Of a DNA stretch of 64,000 bases, positions 20,274 to 33,533 are shown piece after piece. The first letter of the stretch is position 1. Each line of letters starts with the position of its first letter. The DNA comes from an uncultured bacterium. Lineage in GTDB: Bacteria; Babelota; Babeliae; Babelales; JABCYS01. Location: the NCBI GenBank assembly GCA_963705705.1, contig CAVPKK010000005.1:128001-192000 (forward strand). The letters are read 5' to 3'. Under the pieces are notes generated by a model. It saw only the letters and a list, made by a program, of their open reading frames with translations, ran no database searches and was not told the origin of the DNA. Made by a program: the position numbers and the translations under genes.

Positions 20274-21812
20274 ATGCACAGTAAAGTTTTTTCCGCGACC
20301 ACTATAGGAGTAGATGCTCATTTGGTAGAAGTTGAGGTTGATCTTTCGGGCGGTATGCTGGAATTTCATATCGTTGGGCTACCAGATACCACTATTAAGG
20401 AAAGTAAGCGGCGGATCTTAACGGCGCTGAAAAATACTGGCCTGAGACTTCCCGAGAAAAAAATCACCGTTAACCTCGCACCGGCCGACTTAAAAAAAGA
20501 GGGAACACTCTTTGATCTGCCTATCGCAATCGGTCTATTACAAGCAGCCGGGATGGTTAATCTCACACCCAAGTTCCTGCAAGAAACTATTATCATCGGT
20601 GAGCTTTCGCTTGATGGTTCCATTCGGCCTATAAAAGGCACATTGCCTATCGCTTGTGATCTTCTTCGTTTAAATAAAAAGCGGATTATTGTGCCGCAGG
20701 CAAATGCACATGAAGTTGCTATCATCGCCGGCATTGAGCGTTATGGGGTTTCGCATCTTGTGGAGCTGGTTGCCTTTTTGCGGCAAGAGCATTTCATATT
20801 ACCCATTGAACAGATGATGCCGATAACAACGGTTCAAGATTGTGATATTGATTTTGGTCAGGTCAAAGGACAACGCCAGGCGAAACGCGCATTACAAATA
20901 GCAGCTGCTGGTAGGCATCATATCATGTTTATCGGGCCGCCAGGTGCGGGTAAGAGCATGTTGGCCAAAAGATTGGGAACTATTTTGCCGGCTATGCCAC
21001 TCGAAGAGATGGTTGAAACAGGCAAAATTTATTCGGTCAGTGGCAAAATGCCTACGCGCACTTTTTTAACCGCACGACCTTTTCGATCGCCGCATCATAC
21101 TATTTCACAAGCCGGATTGGTCGGCGGTGGCAGTTTCCCGCAGCCAGGTGAAATTAGCTTGGCGCATCATGGCGTTTTATTTTTAGATGAATTGACTGAA
21201 TTCCGACGGACAACACTGGAAGCATTACGAGAACCGCTTGAAAATCGTGTGATCACTATTGCGCGAGCGCAGCAGTCTATTAGTTATCCTGCGCACGTTT
21301 TACTGGTTGCGGCGATGAATCCATGTCCCTGTGGTTTTTATGGCGATCGAAAAAAAACGTGTCATTGCCAACCTAAAAAGATCCAGCGCTATTTAGAAAA
21401 AATATCCGGGCCGTTGCTCGATCGCATCGATTTGCAGGTCGCCGTCCAAGGTGTTAGCTATGATACCGTAGTAGAACGGACTGCCGATCCTGTTAATTCA
21501 GCTACCCTGCAAGAAGGCGTAACGAAAGCCGTGCTTCGTCAGCAAAAGAGATTTGGCTCACCAACCACTTTTAATGCCATGATGACCAGCACGCAAGTTG
21601 ATCAATTTTGTATTATGAGTGCGGATGCGCAACAACTCATCAAGCAGGCATTTGAGCGATTAAGCTTGAGCATGCGGGGATATCACAAAATATTGAAAAT
21701 TGCTCGCACAATTGCCGATATTGATGGTCATGAGAATATTGATGTTCCCTGTATTCAAGAAGCTTTGGCATACCGATCTCTGGATCAGTATCTAGAAAAG
21801 ATATGGATTTAG
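20274..21812 (+). CDS. comM: YifB/ComM-family Mg-chelatase-like AAA+ ATPase
   Basis: IVGLPD, NLAPADLKKEG, GPPGAGKS, PFRSPHH, NPCPCG. Confidence 0.93.
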   Translation: MHSKVFSATTIGVDAHLVEVEVDLSGGMLEFHIVGLPDTTIKESKRRILTALKNTGLRLPEKKITVNLAPADLKKEGTLFDLPIAIGLLQAAGMVNLTPKFLQETIIIGELSLDGSIRPIKGTLPIACDLLRLNKKRIIVPQANAHEVAIIAGIERYGVSHLVELVAFLRQEHFILPIEQMMPITTVQDCDIDFGQVKGQRQAKRALQIAAAGRHHIMFIGPPGAGKSMLAKRLGTILPAMPLEEMVETGKIYSVSGKMPTRTFLTARPFRSPHHTISQAGLVGGGSFPQPGEISLAHHGVLFLDELTEFRRTTLEALREPLENRVITIARAQQSISYPAHVLLVAAMNPCPCGFYGDRKKTCHCQPKKIQRYLEKISGPLLDRIDLQVAVQGVSYDTVVERTADPVNSATLQEGVTKAVLRQQKRFGSPTTFNAMMTSTQVDQFCIMSADAQQLIKQAFERLSLSMRGYHKILKIARTIADIDGHENIDVPCIQEALAYRSLDQYLEKIWI

Positions 21813-22192
21813 TAATGATTGTAGGCCTTGGGACTGATATTATTGAGATTGAACGCTTTGCCCGATGGCATACCTATTTCGAGAAAAGATTGGCCAAAAT
21901 TTTCTCTGCCGATGAGATTGCTTATTGCTTGGCTACCCCCGAGTTGGCGGCACAACGGTTCGCAGTTCGCTTTGCGGCCAAAGAGGCATTGTATAAGGCT
22001 CTATCAACGGCTGGGGCACAGGTTCAATTCTTTACCCTTTGTAATGCTGCCGAAATTACTAAGGTGAAACAACTTCCCCTTCTACAGATTAACTGGTTAA
22101 AATTGGGATTGCCTCCGACGCAGGTCCATTTAAGCTTAAGTCACAATAAAACAATGGCTCAGGCAGTAGTGGTTCTGGAATCTGCTGCTTAA
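21803..22192 (+). CDS. acpS: Holo-ACP synthase (start may be 21815)
   Basis: IVGLGTDIIEIERF, RFAAKEA, LSLSH. Confidence 0.93.
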   Translation: MDLVMIVGLGTDIIEIERFARWHTYFEKRLAKIFSADEIAYCLATPELAAQRFAVRFAAKEALYKALSTAGAQVQFFTLCNAAEITKVKQLPLLQINWLKLGLPPTQVHLSLSHNKTMAQAVVVLESAA

Positions 22193-22237
22193 TCTGACTA
22201 ATTCCTATATATTAATACTGAATTTTCACGTCATTCT

Positions 22238-22273
22238 CGCGCTATATCCTTCGATTAACTCAGGATGAGCGCG
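22238..22273 (-). repeat. Intergenic palindromic repeat copy upstream of prfB
   Basis: CGCGCTATATCCTTCGATTAACTCAGGATGAGCGCG. Confidence 0.9.
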
Positions 22274-22323
22274 GCTGGGCCGTGCGATCGTATAGAATTC
22301 AATTCTTTTGGACAGTGTAACCC

Positions 22324-23412
22324 ATGTTAATCGATGATTTGCGCGAGCAACTAAAACAACTAGAACCCGATCTCCAGGCAGTAATCTCATTTTGGGAGCG
22401 TGCTGGCTTGGAAAAAGAGTATTTGCAGTTCAATGCGGCAGTTGAACAGGAGGATTTTTGGCAAAATCCTAAGCAAACTGAGATCAAGCAAAAATTACAA
22501 CGGGTTAAACTGCAACGTGAAACCTATCTGACCATTACTAAAGGTTATCAGGAGCTCAAGGAGCTTATCGAGCTCTTTGGGGCAGATGAATCAGAATTGA
22601 AAAAACTGGAATCTGATATTGCCCGGCTCAAGCAACATCTTGCATCATTTAAAATCTCTCTTCTTTTGAGTGAGCCACAGGATCATGCAGCTGCTTTTTT
22701 GAGTATCAATGCAGGCGCGGGTGGAACTGAGTCTCAAGATTGGGCAGCCATGCTTTTACGTATGTATCTCCGCTTTTGCGAAGAGGAAAAATTTAATGCG
22801 CAGCTCATTGATTACCAACCAGGTGAACAAGCGGGTATTAAATCAGCGTCTCTTTTTGTTAAGGGTGATAATGCATATGGTTTGCTCAAAAGTGAGCATG
22901 GTATTCATAGGCTTGTGCGTATTTCGCCATTCGATGCTGCAAAACGCCGTCACACGTCTTTTGCTGGCGTATCGGTTATGCCTGAGGTGCCGCAAGAAGA
23001 GATCACTATTGATACCAAGGATTTGCGCATTGATACCTACCGGGCCGGCGGCGCGGGTGGTCAGCACGTAAATAAAACTGAATCTGCAGTGCGTATTACT
23101 CATATTCCGACTAACAGTGTAGTGCAATGCCAGAGCGAACGCTCGCAACATCAAAATAAAGAAACTGCCATGAAGATGCTCATGGCGAAACTTGCACAAA
23201 AGCAGCATGAAGAAAAGTTGGCAAAATCGGCTGCAGTTGAAAAAAAGAAGATTGAATGGGGATCGCAAATCCGCTCATACGTTTTGCATCCATACAAAAT
23301 GGTCAAAGATCATCGAACCGATGTTGAATCACCACAACCAGATCTCGTGTTGGATGGAGCACTTACGCCTTTCATTGAAGCTTATCTTTTGTGGTCGGCC
23401 CACGCGAAATAG
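22324..23412 (+). CDS. prfB: Peptide chain release factor 2 (continuous ORF)
   Basis: GAGGTESQDWA, RISPFD (SPF), GGQ, WGSQIRSY. Confidence 0.97.
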   Translation: MLIDDLREQLKQLEPDLQAVISFWERAGLEKEYLQFNAAVEQEDFWQNPKQTEIKQKLQRVKLQRETYLTITKGYQELKELIELFGADESELKKLESDIARLKQHLASFKISLLLSEPQDHAAAFLSINAGAGGTESQDWAAMLLRMYLRFCEEEKFNAQLIDYQPGEQAGIKSASLFVKGDNAYGLLKSEHGIHRLVRISPFDAAKRRHTSFAGVSVMPEVPQEEITIDTKDLRIDTYRAGGAGGQHVNKTESAVRITHIPTNSVVQCQSERSQHQNKETAMKMLMAKLAQKQHEEKLAKSAAVEKKKIEWGSQIRSYVLHPYKMVKDHRTDVESPQPDLVLDGALTPFIEAYLLWSAHAK

Positions 23413-23601
23413 AGAATCGCTGTATTTTTTTGCAGAGCAGCATAAAAACAATTAATCCTTTGCATGACGAGTTTTTGTTTTGCAGCCGCGCTTTTCTCCG
23501 TATTTGAACATCTGGCTCCTTCTTTGCTGCATTGACTTTCTGGCAGATCCTGAAAATATGTGCGGCATTATTGCTGTTTTTAAAAGCATGAGAGCCATTC
23601 T

Positions 23602-26600
23602 ATGAAGTTAAAACTCCAATCACAATTGTGCAAAAAAATATCTTTATTTCTCACCTGTATCTTCGCATTTCAACCACCGATATTAGCTCTCGCAATACCT
23701 CCTTCTGTGAATATAGTTCACCCGGCGGATGAATTTGAAGATATTGAAAATCTTATACGCCAATTGGATGAGCAAGCATTTGGTACAAACTTTAATGAAT
23801 CGGAACTTCGTAAATTTGTCATACGGATACACAACAGCGCTGAAAGATTAAATCTTGTCGATCGGCTCCCTTCTTTGTTTCTTGAATGCCGTGCATTGAT
23901 AAGTTCCGATTCGGCTAAAGTGCGTCGTGATGACCTTGTGCTTGCATTGTATGACGTCATCAAGTGGGTTGCTGATGAAGTAGAGCTCAATGGCAGCCAT
24001 GCTAATCCAGCGCTAGATATACTTGCGGTACTAAAAAATCGGGACAAAACAACCTATCAAGAATCGGTTCTGAGTATTTTGGACGAGGCCAGCGTATTTC
24101 TCGGATCAGCTGAGCCAGCACTTATTACTTTAAGCCAACTCAAAGAAGTATATGCCGATGGTAGTGACAATAATGAATTTTTTAATGAAGGTGTATTGCG
24201 CCTGGCAACCCGAGGAAGCAGCTGTCTGCGACCTAAGGTTGAGGATTGTTGCGCAGGCACTTTCACTGCGCTGGCCGATATCAAGGCTGAGCTGGTTGAA
24301 GACTTTAATGGTACATTCACCGTTCTTAATGAAATCCTAACGCAAGGTGTACAGGTTGATCTTTCTAGTGTCTTTACATTCTTAGTGGATATTAAAACTG
24401 AGTTGGTTGAGGATTTTAACGGTACGTTCAGTGAACTAATTGATATCAAGTCTGAGCTTGTGGCTGATTTCAATGGTACCTTCTCGATGCTTAAAGCAAT
24501 CGAAGCATGTGCATGTGCTGCTTTATCTTGTGATCTTTCGGGCGTATTCACATTCTTAGTGGACATTAAGACTGAATTAGTCGACGACTTTAATGGTACG
24601 TTCAGTGAGCTAATAGATATCAAAACTGAGCTGGTACAAGATTTTAATGGCACCTTCACTGTGTTAGCGGATATTCAAGCGACATTGACTTCAATTCTTG
24701 GATTTGATTTTAATGGTACGTTCAGCGAGTTGATCGACATCAAAATCGAACTGGTTCAAGACTTTAATGGTACATTCTCAATGCTTAAAGCAATTGAAGA
24801 ATGTGCATGTGCGGCTTCATCTTGTGATCTTTCAGGGGTATACACTATTCTAAATGATATTAAGACTGAGCTGGTTGAGGATTTCAATGGTACCTTCAGT
24901 GAATTAATTGATATCAAATCTGAGCTGGTCGCCGATTTCAATGGTACGTTCACAACCCTAGCAGATCTCGAAGTGCTAATCATTGATGAGTTCAATGGAA
25001 CATTCAGTGAGCTTATAGATATTAAGACCGAGTTAGTTCAAGACTTCAATGGAACCTTTAGTGTGCTAGCGGATATTCAAGCAACACTGACTTCAATTCT
25101 TGGATTTGATTTCAATGGTACGTTCAGCGAGTTGATTGATATCAAGACTGAATTGGTTGCAGACTTCAATGGTACCTTCACAATGTTAGTATCTATTGAA
25201 GATGAGATCACCAACGATTTCAATGGTACGTTTAGTGAGCTTATAGATATCAAAACTGAGTTGGTTCAAAATTTTAATGGCACGTTCAGCGTACTAGCGG
25301 ATATTCAAGCAACATTGACGTCAATTATTGGATTTGATTTCAATGGTACATTCAGTGAGTTAATCGATATAAAGGCCGAACTAGTACAAGGCTTTAATGG
25401 CACATTCACCGTGCTTGAAGATATTTTGGTAACACTCATTGCCGACTTTAATGGTACGTTCAGTGAATTAATCGATATTAAAACTGAGTTGGTCGCCGAC
25501 TTCAACGGCACGTTCACCATGCTGAATGCTATTGAAGATGACATCGTTTCAGACTTCAATGGCACATTCACAGTCCTAGCAGATCTCGAAGCGCTAATCA
25601 TTGATGACTTCAACGGCACATTCAGTGAGCTTATAGATATAAAGACCGAGTTGGTTCAGGACTTCAATGGCACATTCACTGTGCTAGCAGACATTCAAGC
25701 AACACTAACATCAATTCTTGGATTTGATTTTAATGGCACATTCAGCGAGTTGATCGATATAAAGATTGAGCTGGTTCAAGACTTTAATGGTACATTCTCA
25801 ATGCTTAAAGCAATTGAAGAATGCGCATGTGCAGCTTCATCTTGTGATCTTTCGGGAGTATTCACATTCCTAGCTGACATTAAGACCGAGTTGGTTGACG
25901 ATTTTAATGGTACATTTAGTGAGTTGATCGATATTAAGACTGAATTGGTTGCAGACTTCAACGGCACGTTCACAATGTTAGTATCTATTGAAGATGAGAT
26001 TACCAACGATTTCAACGGTACGTTTAGTGAACTTATAGATATCAAAACTGAGTTGGTTCAAAATTTTAACGGCACATTCAGTGAGCTAATTGATATAAAG
26101 ACCGAGTTGGTTCAGGACTTCAATGGCACATTCACTGTGCTAGCAGACATTCAAGCAACACTGACTTCATTTCTTGGATTTGATTTTAATGGCACATTCA
26201 GCGAGTTGATCGATATAAAGACTGAGCTGATTCAAGACTTTAATGGTACATTCTCAATGCTTAAAGCAATTGAAGAATGCGCTTGTGCTGCTTCATCTTG
26301 CGATCTTTCGGGAGTATTCACATTCTTAACTGATATTAAGACGGAGTTGGTCGACGACTTTAATGGTACATTCAGTGAGTTGATCGATATAAAGACGGAG
26401 CTTGTTGCGGACTTTAATGGGACGTTCACAATCCTAGCGGACCTCGAATCACTTATCGTTGATGACTTCAACGGCACGTTCAGTGAACTTATAGATATAA
26501 AGACTGAGCTAGTTCAAAACTTTAATGGCACGTTCACCGTGCTAGCGGACATTCAAGCAACATTGACTTCAATTATTGGATTTGATTTCAATGGTACATT

Positions 26601-29600
26601 CAGTGAGTTAATCGATATCAAGACCGAGCTCGTCCAAGGTTTTAATGGCACATTCACAATGCTGGTATCTATTGAGGATGAAATTATTAACGACTTCAAT
26701 GGTACTTTTAGTGAGCTAATAGATATCAAAACTGAGCTAATTCAAGACTTTAATGGAACCTTCAGTGAATTGATCGATATCAAGACTGAGTTGGTCGCCG
26801 AATTCAACGGCACATTCACAATGTTGAATAATATTCTGGAAAGTCTTAATGACGACATTGAATCTGACTTTAATGGCACATTCACCGTCCTAGCAGGTAT
26901 TGAAGCGCTAATCATTGATGAGTTCAATGGAACATTCAGTGAGCTGATTGATATCAAATCTGAACTTGTATCTAACTTCAATGGTACTTTCAGTGAACTT
27001 ATAGATATCAAAACCGAGCTGGTTCAAGATTTCAATGGCACCTTCACTGTACTTGCAGATATTCAAGCAACACTGACTTCATTTCTTGGATTTGATTTTA
27101 ACGGCACGTTCAGCGAGTTGATCGATATAAAGGCTGAGCTGGTCCAAGGCTTTAATGGTACATTCACAACCCTAGCCGATCTCGAAGCACTAATCATTGA
27201 TGAGTTCAATGGAACTTTTAGTGAGTTGATTGATATTAAATCTGAGCTTGTATCTAACTTCAATGGTACTTTCAGTGAGCTTATAGATATAAAGACCGAG
27301 TTGGTTCAAGATTTTAATGGCACGTTCACTGTGCTAGCGGACATACAAGCTACATTGACTTCATTTATTGGATTTGATTTTAACGGCACATTCAGTGAAT
27401 TGATCGATATAAAGACTGAACTAGTACAAGGCTTTAATGGCACATTCACAATGCTGGTATCTATTGAAGATGAGATTACTAATGACTTCAATGGTACTTT
27501 TAGTGAGCTAATAGATATCAAAACTGAGTTGGTTCAAAATTTTAACGGTACATTCAGTGAATTAATCGATATCAAGACTGAGTTAATCGCCGACTTCAAC
27601 GGCACATTCACAATGTTGAATAATATTCTGGAAAGTCTTAATGACGACATTGAATCTGACTTTAATGGCACATTCACCGTCCTAGCAGGTATTGAAGCGC
27701 TAATCATTGATGAGTTCAATGGAACATTCAGTGAACTTATAGATATTAAGACCGAGTTAGTTCAAGACTTCAATGGAACTTTTAGTGAATTAATCGATAT
27801 CAAGACTGAGTTGGTGCAGAACTTCAACGGCACCTTCACTGTGCTAGCAGACATTCAAGCAACATTAACTTCAATTTTTGGATTTGATTTCAATGGCACG
27901 TTCAGCGAGCTAATCGATATAAAGACTGAGCTAGTCCAAGGCTTCAATGGCACATTCACCATGTTGAATGCTATTGAGGTTGAGATTACTAACGACTTCA
28001 ATGGTACTTTTACTGAGCTAATAGATATAAAAACCGAGTTAGTTCAAAATTTTAACGGTACATTCAGTGAATTAATCGATATCAAGACTGAGTTAGTCGC
28101 CGACTTCAATGGCACATTCACAATGTTGAATGCTATTGAGGATGATATTGTTTCAGACTTCAATGGTACGTTCACAACCCTAGCAAATCTTGAAGCACTA
28201 ATCATTGATGAGTTCAATGGCACCTTCAGTGAGTTGATTGATATAAAATCTGAGCTTGTATCTAACTTCAATGGTACTTTCAGTGAACTTATAGATATAA
28301 AGATTGAGTTGGTGCAGGACTTCAATGGCACATTCACTGTGCTAGCAGACATTCAAGCAACATTAACTTCAATTTTTGGATTTGATTTCAATGGCACGTT
28401 CAGTGAATTAATCGATATCAAGACTGAGTTGGTTCAAGGCTTTAATGGCACCTTCACAGTACTAGCAGATCTTGAAGCGCTAATCATTGACGAATTCAAT
28501 GGTACCTTCAGCGAATTAATCGATATCAAGACGGAATTGGTTGCTGACTTTAATGGCACATTCTCAACCCTTGAATTTATCGAAGAGCTTATTGTAGATG
28601 AGTTTAATGGTACCTTCAGTGAGCTTATAGATATAAAAACCGAGCTGGTTCAAAACTTTAATGGCACGTTCACCGTGTTAGCGGATATTCAAGCAACATT
28701 GACTTCAATTATAGGATTTGATTTCAATGGTACATTCAGTGAGTTAATTGATATAAAGGCCGAACTAGTACAAGGCTTTAATGGCACATTCACCGTGCTT
28801 GAAGATATCTTGGTAACACTCATTGCCGACTTTAATGGTACGTTCAGTGAATTGATTGATATTAAGTCTGAATTGGTTGCCGACTTCAATGGCACATTCA
28901 CCATGCTGAATGCTATTGAGGATGATATTGAATCTGGCTTTAATGGTACGTTCACAACCCTAGCAGATCTCGAAGCGCTAATCATTGATGAGTTCAATGG
29001 AACATTCAGTGAGCTTATAGATATTAAGACCGAGTTAGTTCAAGACTTCAATGGAACCTTCAGTGAGTTGATCGATATCAAGACTGAGTTGGTCGCTTAC
29101 TTCAATGGTACCTTCACAATGTTGAATGCTATTGAGGATGATATTGTTTCAGACTTCAATGGTACGTTCACAACCCTAGCAAATCTCGAAGTTCTAATCA
29201 TTGATGACTTCAATGGCACGTTCAGTGAGCTTATAGATATAAAGACCGAGTTAGTTCAAGACTTCAATGGCACCTTCACTGTGCTAGCAGATATTCAAGC
29301 AACACTGACTTCAATTCTTGGATTTGATTTCAATGGCACATTCAGTGAATTGATCGATATTAAGACTGAGTTGGTACAGAACTTCAACGGCACATTTACA
29401 ATGTTGAATGCTATTGAAGATGACATTGTTTCAGACTTCAATGGTACATTCACAGTGCTAGCAGATCTCGAGGCGCTAATCATTGACGACTTCAACGGCA
29501 CATTCAGTGAGCTTATAGATATAAAGACCGAGTTGGTTCAAGATTTTAATGGCACCTTCACCGTGCTAGCGGACATTCAAGCAACACTGACTTCAATTCT

Positions 29601-32600
29601 TGGATTTGATTTCAATGGTACGTTCAGCGAGTTGATCGATATAAAGACAGAGTTAGTCCAAGGCTTTAATGGCACATTCTCAAGCCTTGAATTTATCGAA
29701 GAGCTTATTGTAGATGAGTTTAATGGCACCTTCAGTGAGTTGATCGATATCAAGACTGAGTTGGTCGCTTACTTCAATAGTACCTTCACCATGTTGAATG
29801 CTATTGATGATGAGATTGTTTCAGGCTTCAATGGTACGTTCACAACCCTAGCAGATCTCGAAGCGCTAATCATTGATGAGTTCAATGGAACCTTCAGTGA
29901 GCTAATTGATATCAAGACGGAGCTTGTCGCTGACTTCAATGGCACCTTTAGTGATTTAATCGATATTAAGACGGAGTTGGTGCAGAATTTCAACGGCACC
30001 TTCACTGTGCTAGCAGACATTCAAGCAACATTAACTTCAATTATTGGATTTGATTTTAACGGTACATTCAGTGAGTTGATCGATATCAAGGCTGAACTAG
30101 TACAAGGCTTTAATGGCACATTCACAGTCCTAGCAGATCTCGAAGCGCTAATCATTGACGACTTTAATGGTACTTTCAGTGAACTTATAGATATAAAGAC
30201 CGAGTTGGTTCAGGACTTCAATGGCACGTTCACTGTGCTAGCTGACATTCAAGCAACACTGACTTCAATTCTTGGATTTGATTTCAATGGCACATTCAGT
30301 GAATTGATCGATATTAAGACTGAGTTGGTACAGAACTTCAACGGCACATTTACAATGTTGAATGCTATTGAGGATGATATTGAATCTGGCTTTAATGGTA
30401 CGTTCACAACCCTAGCAGATCTCGAAGCGCTAATCATTGATGAGTTCAATGGAACATTCAGTGAACTTATAGATATTAAGACCGAGTTAGTTCAAGATTT
30501 TAATGGAACCTTCAGCGAGTTGATCGATATCAAGAGCGAGCTCGTCCAAGGTTTTAATGGCACATTCACAATGCTCATTGATATTGACCACGACGTTGAT
30601 AAAGGATTTGCTGGTACCTTCACCGCGCTGGTGGACATTAAGTCTACGATTGTTAATGACTTTAATGGTACATTCACTGAGCTTAATGCACTTGCAGCAT
30701 GCTGCAGTAATAATGGCTCTGGATTGCAAGGCACATTCACGGTGTTGGCGGCATTACAATCATTCGTGGTTAATGAATTTAATGGCACGTTCAGTGAGTT
30801 AATCGATATAAAGTCTGAACTGGTTGCGGACTTTAATGGCACCTTCACAATGTTGAATGCGCTTGCAAATGGTATTGAGGTAGATCTATCCGGTGTATAT
30901 ACAACGCTTAATGGAAACTTTGCTGGCACATTTACAGAGCTTATAGATATCAAAACTGAGTTAGTTCAAGACTTTAACGGTACATTCACCGAGCTCAATG
31001 CGCTTGCCGCATGTTGTAGTAATAATGGCTCTGGATTGCAGGGCACATTCACGGTATTGGCAGACATTAAGTCTACTATCGTTAATGATTTTAATGGCAC
31101 GTTTACATCATTAAACTCATTTATATCCGAGTTCAATGGCACATTCACAAGTCTTGTTGATATTAAGACGACCATTGTTAACGACTTTAATGGTACATTC
31201 ACTGAGCTTAATGCGCTTGCCGCATGCTGTAGTAATAATGGCTCTGGATTGCAGGGCACATTCACGGCGTTGGCTGACATCAAATCAACAATTGTGAGTG
31301 ATTTTAATGGTACATTTACTGAGCTCAATTCAATTGCTGCATGCTGTAGTAATAATTTTGCAGAACTTCAGGGTACCTTCACGGTATTGGCTGACATCAA
31401 GTCCACGATTGTTAATGACTTCAACGGTACATTTACCGAGCTCAATGCAATTGCCGCATGCTGTAGTAATAATGGCTCAGGATTGCAGGGCACATTCACT
31501 GTATTGGCGGATATTAAGTCAACGATTGTTAATGACTTCAATGGTACATTTACATCGCTAAGCTTCATTACGACTGAGTTCAACGGCACATTCACTGCTC
31601 TAACGGATATTAAGTCGACAATTGTGAGTGATTTTAATGGTACATTTACCGAGCTCAATGCAATTGCTGCATGCTGCAGTAACAATTTTGCAGAACTTCA
31701 AGGGACCTTCACGGTGTTGGCTGATATTAAGTCCACGATAGTTAATGACTTCAATGGCACCTTTACATCGCTAAGTTTCATTACGACTGAGTTCAACGGC
31801 ACCTTCAGTGCGCTGACGGATATCAAGTCGACAATAGTGAGTGATTTTAATGGTACATTTACCGAGCTCAATGCAATCGCTGCATGCTGCAGTAATAATT
31901 TTGCAGAACTTCAGGGTACCTTCACGGTGCTGGCTGACATCAAATCCACGATTGTTAATGACTTCAATGGTACATTCACATCATTTAATTTCATTACAAC
32001 TGAGTTCAATGGCACGTTTACCTCAATAAATTCATTTACGTCTGAATTCAATGGCACATTTACAATGCTTAATTTTATTGAGTCTTCTATAACTAACCTC
32101 AGCGGAAATTCTGCTTTGTGTCCAACCACCCAGTTGTCAATGCCAGTCTTACTCAGCACCTATACTATTACACAACCAGGTGATTATCTTATTACAGCGA
32201 CCGAGTTGACCTACCTTGGTGTAACTGGACCTGCGATCTTGATAAATGCTAGCAATGTAACGTTGAATATGTGCGGGCTATTGCGTCAAGGTAATACTAG
32301 TCCAAACGTAGATGGTGTTGACGTCTCATCTACTCTGACGAATGTAAGTATTAACAGCGGCACCATTAAAATTTTACTGGCACTGGCATCTCAATTGGTG
32401 GCGGCTGCGTTGCTGTGAACTTGGCAAATTTAACCACGTTCTCATGCGGTACTCGTGGTATTAGTGTAGGAAACGGTATATCGCCAGTTTCTGAGTTGAT
32501 GATGAATAATTGTGCCTTGCTCCAATGCTGCCAAGGCAACAGTTCTGATAATGTGCTGACGCTTACCTATTGTATTGATCCATACGTCAACAATTGCACG

Positions 32601-33482
32601 CTTAATCAAAATGGCGGCGCAAATGCCTTACGTGCTGTGGCCCTTTCAAAAGTATTTAATGGCGAATTTAATAACGTTACAGCTAATGAAAATGTAGCTG
32701 GCGCGGGGTACAAAGGATTTAGATTAGATGGGATAAGTTATTGCCGATTTAACAGTTGCAAAACTAAAAATTGCATTGTTACGGGTGGCACTGCTAACGC
32801 ACGCGGCTTTTCGCTTGAATTTATGACGTCAGCAACTGGCAATTATTTCTACGACTGTGCCGCTTTAAATATAAGCGGGCAAGGAGCAGTCGATGGATTC
32901 ATAAGTGCAACCGGCTGCAACAACAATCATTTTGAAAGGTGTCAGTCGTCCTATAACACATCATATGGCGCCACTGCTGCAGCAATCGTAACCGGTTTTA
33001 ATATCACTAATACAGCTACGCAGATTATTGATTGCATAGTACAAAACAATAATGCTCCAAATACTATACTTTCTACTGGGTGCGTTGGATACTGGCTTAA
33101 TAATTGTACGAAATGCACCATAAACAATTGTCAATGTTATGACCTTTCGGCAAGCGCCACGGCAATTGGCTTTTGGAACTATTCAATACCAGGAGGAGCG
33201 GGAAATATTATTAGAGATTGTGTTGCTTCTGGATTAACTGGCCCAAGCGATGCATGTTTTAGACTTGATCCTACGTATACAAATGGCGCTGGTGGTAATA
33301 CAGGATTGCCAGCCGTAATGATTTACCGCAATCAGGCTCTTACAAATTTAAGTACTCAATTTTGTTATTCAAATTTTCCAAGTAATACTTATCAAGTACA
33401 AAACACCTTTGGCAGCTGGAATGGTAACAATAATCCCTGGATCAACGTAGGGATTAATTGGGGTAATAGCACGCCACACTAG
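23602..33482 (+). CDS. Giant secreted repeat protein: FNGTF-repeat stalk plus C-terminal Cys-rich beta-helix, split by a 1-nt frameshift near 32370 into track ORFs 23602-32418 and 32415-33482
   Basis: Signal-like N-terminus. Adding one A at ATTAAAATTTTACT gives GTIKNFTGTGISIGGGCVAVNLANLTTFSC, matching paralogs GTIQAITGTGIGIAYGC and GYIKNITGAGICIGAGC. Confidence 0.8.
24250..32065 (+). repeat. Coding tandem repeat array, mainly 54-nt and 66-nt units
   Basis: FNGTFSELIDIKTELVQD (18 aa), FNGTFTVLADIQATLTSILGFD (22 aa) and variants, >100 units, with synonymous variation. Confidence 0.95.
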
Positions 33483-33533
33483 GAAAGGAGTTAGGATGAT
33501 GAATTTATTTATGGCCACCGTAAATACGGGATC

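Noticed and set aside
24250..32065. CRISPR array or DGR-like repeats
   Set aside because: The repeats are in-frame coding units with synonymous variation and no unique spacers; no cas or reverse transcriptase gene is in the window.
23718..32159. Many minus-strand ORFs with NVPLKS repeats
   Set aside because: Antisense shadows of the FNGTF array.
32362..32380. Programmed -1 frameshift in the giant gene
   Set aside because: ATT AAA ATT TTA does not form an in-phase X XXY YYZ heptamer; an indel is the simpler explanation.
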